DNA of 64,000 nucleotides. Source: an uncultured Gemmatimonadaceae bacterium. GTDB taxonomy: Bacteria; Gemmatimonadota; Gemmatimonadetes; Gemmatimonadales; Gemmatimonadaceae. Positions 62,828 through 64,000 of this stretch are shown here, in pieces. The translations under genes and the position numbers were made by a program. The notes beneath the pieces were generated by a model. That model was not told where the DNA came from. It was given only the letters and a program-made list of their open reading frames with translations, and made no database searches. The stretch spans positions 2,592,001 through 2,656,000 of the forward strand of contig OY970320.1 in the NCBI GenBank assembly GCA_963716745.1. The letters are read 5' to 3'. Position 1 is the stretch's first letter, and each line of letters opens with the position of its first letter.

Positions 62828-64000
62828 GTCCACCGGCTGGCCCGTGAAGGGCGCGGCGTTCGCGCCGGGGCCGGGCAGCACATCGGGAGCGGCGGCGACG
62901 CGGGTCATGAGGTCGCGCACGCCGGTGTCGATGAACCGGCTGAGCTGGTCCACCGAGTACTCGGTGCCGAACCGCGACTGATAGGCGTTGAGCGGATACA
63001 CGGCGTGCAGATGTTTCCGTGCGCGCGTCATCGCGACGTACATGAGGCGGCGCTCTTCTTCGGTATCTTCGTCGGAGCCGAGGGACCGATTCGAGGGGAA
63101 CCAGCCGTCGACGGCCCAGATGATGAACACGGCATCCCACTCGCGTCCCTTGGCGCTGTGCGCGGTGCTGAGGATGAGCGCGTCCTCTTCCGTGTTCGCA
63201 CCGCTCGCGAAGTCGTGCGTGGCGCTCGGCGGTTCGAGGGCGAGTTCGCTCAGGAACGCGGCACGATTGGGGAACGAGCCGGCGATCACCTCGAGCTGCG
63301 CGAGGTCGGCGAGCCGCGGCTCGGCGCGGTCGTAGCGTTCGCGCAGGATCTCGTCGTACATCGCGCGCAGCGCCGCGATCTCCTCGCTCACCGTGCGCTC
63401 GGCGCCCGCGGGATCGGGCTTGCTGAGCACCATTAGAAGGAGGGAGAGCGATGCGTGCGCGACCCGCGCGCGCGGCGGCGGCGTCCACTGCGCGAAGGCG
63501 GCGGGATCCCACGAGCGCTCGGCCATGAGCGTGAGCGCCTGGCGCGCGGTGATGTCGCCGATGCCGGGGAGGAGCGTGAGCACGCGGAACCAGCTCACTT
63601 CGTCGCGCGGGTTCTCGAGGATGCGCAGGAAGGCGAGCACGTCCTTCACGTGCGCGGCCTCGAGGAACTTGATGCCGCCCCATTTCTCGAAGGGGATCTG
63701 GCGGTTCGTGAGCTCGATCTCGAGGTCGGCGGACATGTAGCCGGCGCGGAAGAGCACGGCGATCTCGCGCAGCGGCGTGCCGGCTTCGTGCAGTTCGAGG
63801 ATCCGATCGACCACATACTGGGTTTGCTCGTGCTCATCGCGCGCGGCCACGAGCAACGGGCGGTCGCCGCCGGTGCGCGTGGTGAAGAGCTGCTTGGTGT
63901 AGCGCTGCCGCGCGCGGGAAATGAGTGCATTGCTCACATCGAGCACCGGCTGGGTGGAGCGGTAATTCTGCTCGAGCGTGACGATCGTGGCGTTCTCGAA
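62789..64000 (-). CDS. UvrD/Rep/PcrA family ATP-dependent helicase, 3' part (runs off window end)
   Basis: LEQNYRSTQ, IAVLFR, LSTAHSAKGREW, EEERRLMYVAMTRA. Confidence 0.93.
   Translation of the reverse strand, partial: FENATIVTLEQNYRSTQPVLDVSNALISRARQRYTKQLFTTRTGGDRPLLVAARDEHEQTQYVVDRILELHEAGTPLREIAVLFRAGYMSADLEIELTNRQIPFEKWGGIKFLEAAHVKDVLAFLRILENPRDEVSWFRVLTLLPGIGDITARQALTLMAERSWDPAAFAQWTPPPRARVAHASLSLLLMVLSKPDPAGAERTVSEEIAALRAMYDEILRERYDRAEPRLADLAQLEVIAGSFPNRAAFLSELALEPPSATHDFASGANTEEDALILSTAHSAKGREWDAVFIIWAVDGWFPSNRSLGSDEDTEEERRLMYVAMTRARKHLHAVYPLNAYQSRFGTEYSVDQLSRFIDTGVRDLMTRVAAAPDVLPGPGANAAPFTGQPVDLRALLRGRFGAG

Overview
High-GC bacterial chromosomal segment. The gene content (SusC/SusD pairs, carboxypeptidase-regulatory-like/plug proteins, split atp operon) suggests Gemmatimonadota, but that is an inference. 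It is mostly housekeeping: the 5' part of rho, a six-tRNA cluster, a group-2 sigma-70, mlaEFD, atpAGDC, waaA, two SusC/SusD loci, msrA/msrB, metG, ricT/PSP1, accA, dnaE and a partial UvrD-family helicase. Two things stand out. (1) A ~12 kb co-oriented envelope cluster (25655-37899) encodes two YjbH-like barrel plus coiled-coil paralogs, two large TPR proteins, one ExbB/TolQ, two ExbD/TolR and an AgmX/PglI-type TonB-like protein. This resembles the Agl-Glt core of myxobacteria. (2) There is a dispersed repeat system. A four-helix-bundle (23S-IVP/Avd-like) gene inserted between msrB and msrA is bracketed by inverted repeats built of 21-bp units, and a gene-less palindromic copy of the same ends lies ~6 kb away. 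Three further large palindromes sit between convergent genes, and many 7-bp tandem repeats occur, some in frame inside genes. About a dozen genes carry frameshifts, including essential ones, and several sit at the same short motifs, so they are most likely long-read basecalling errors.
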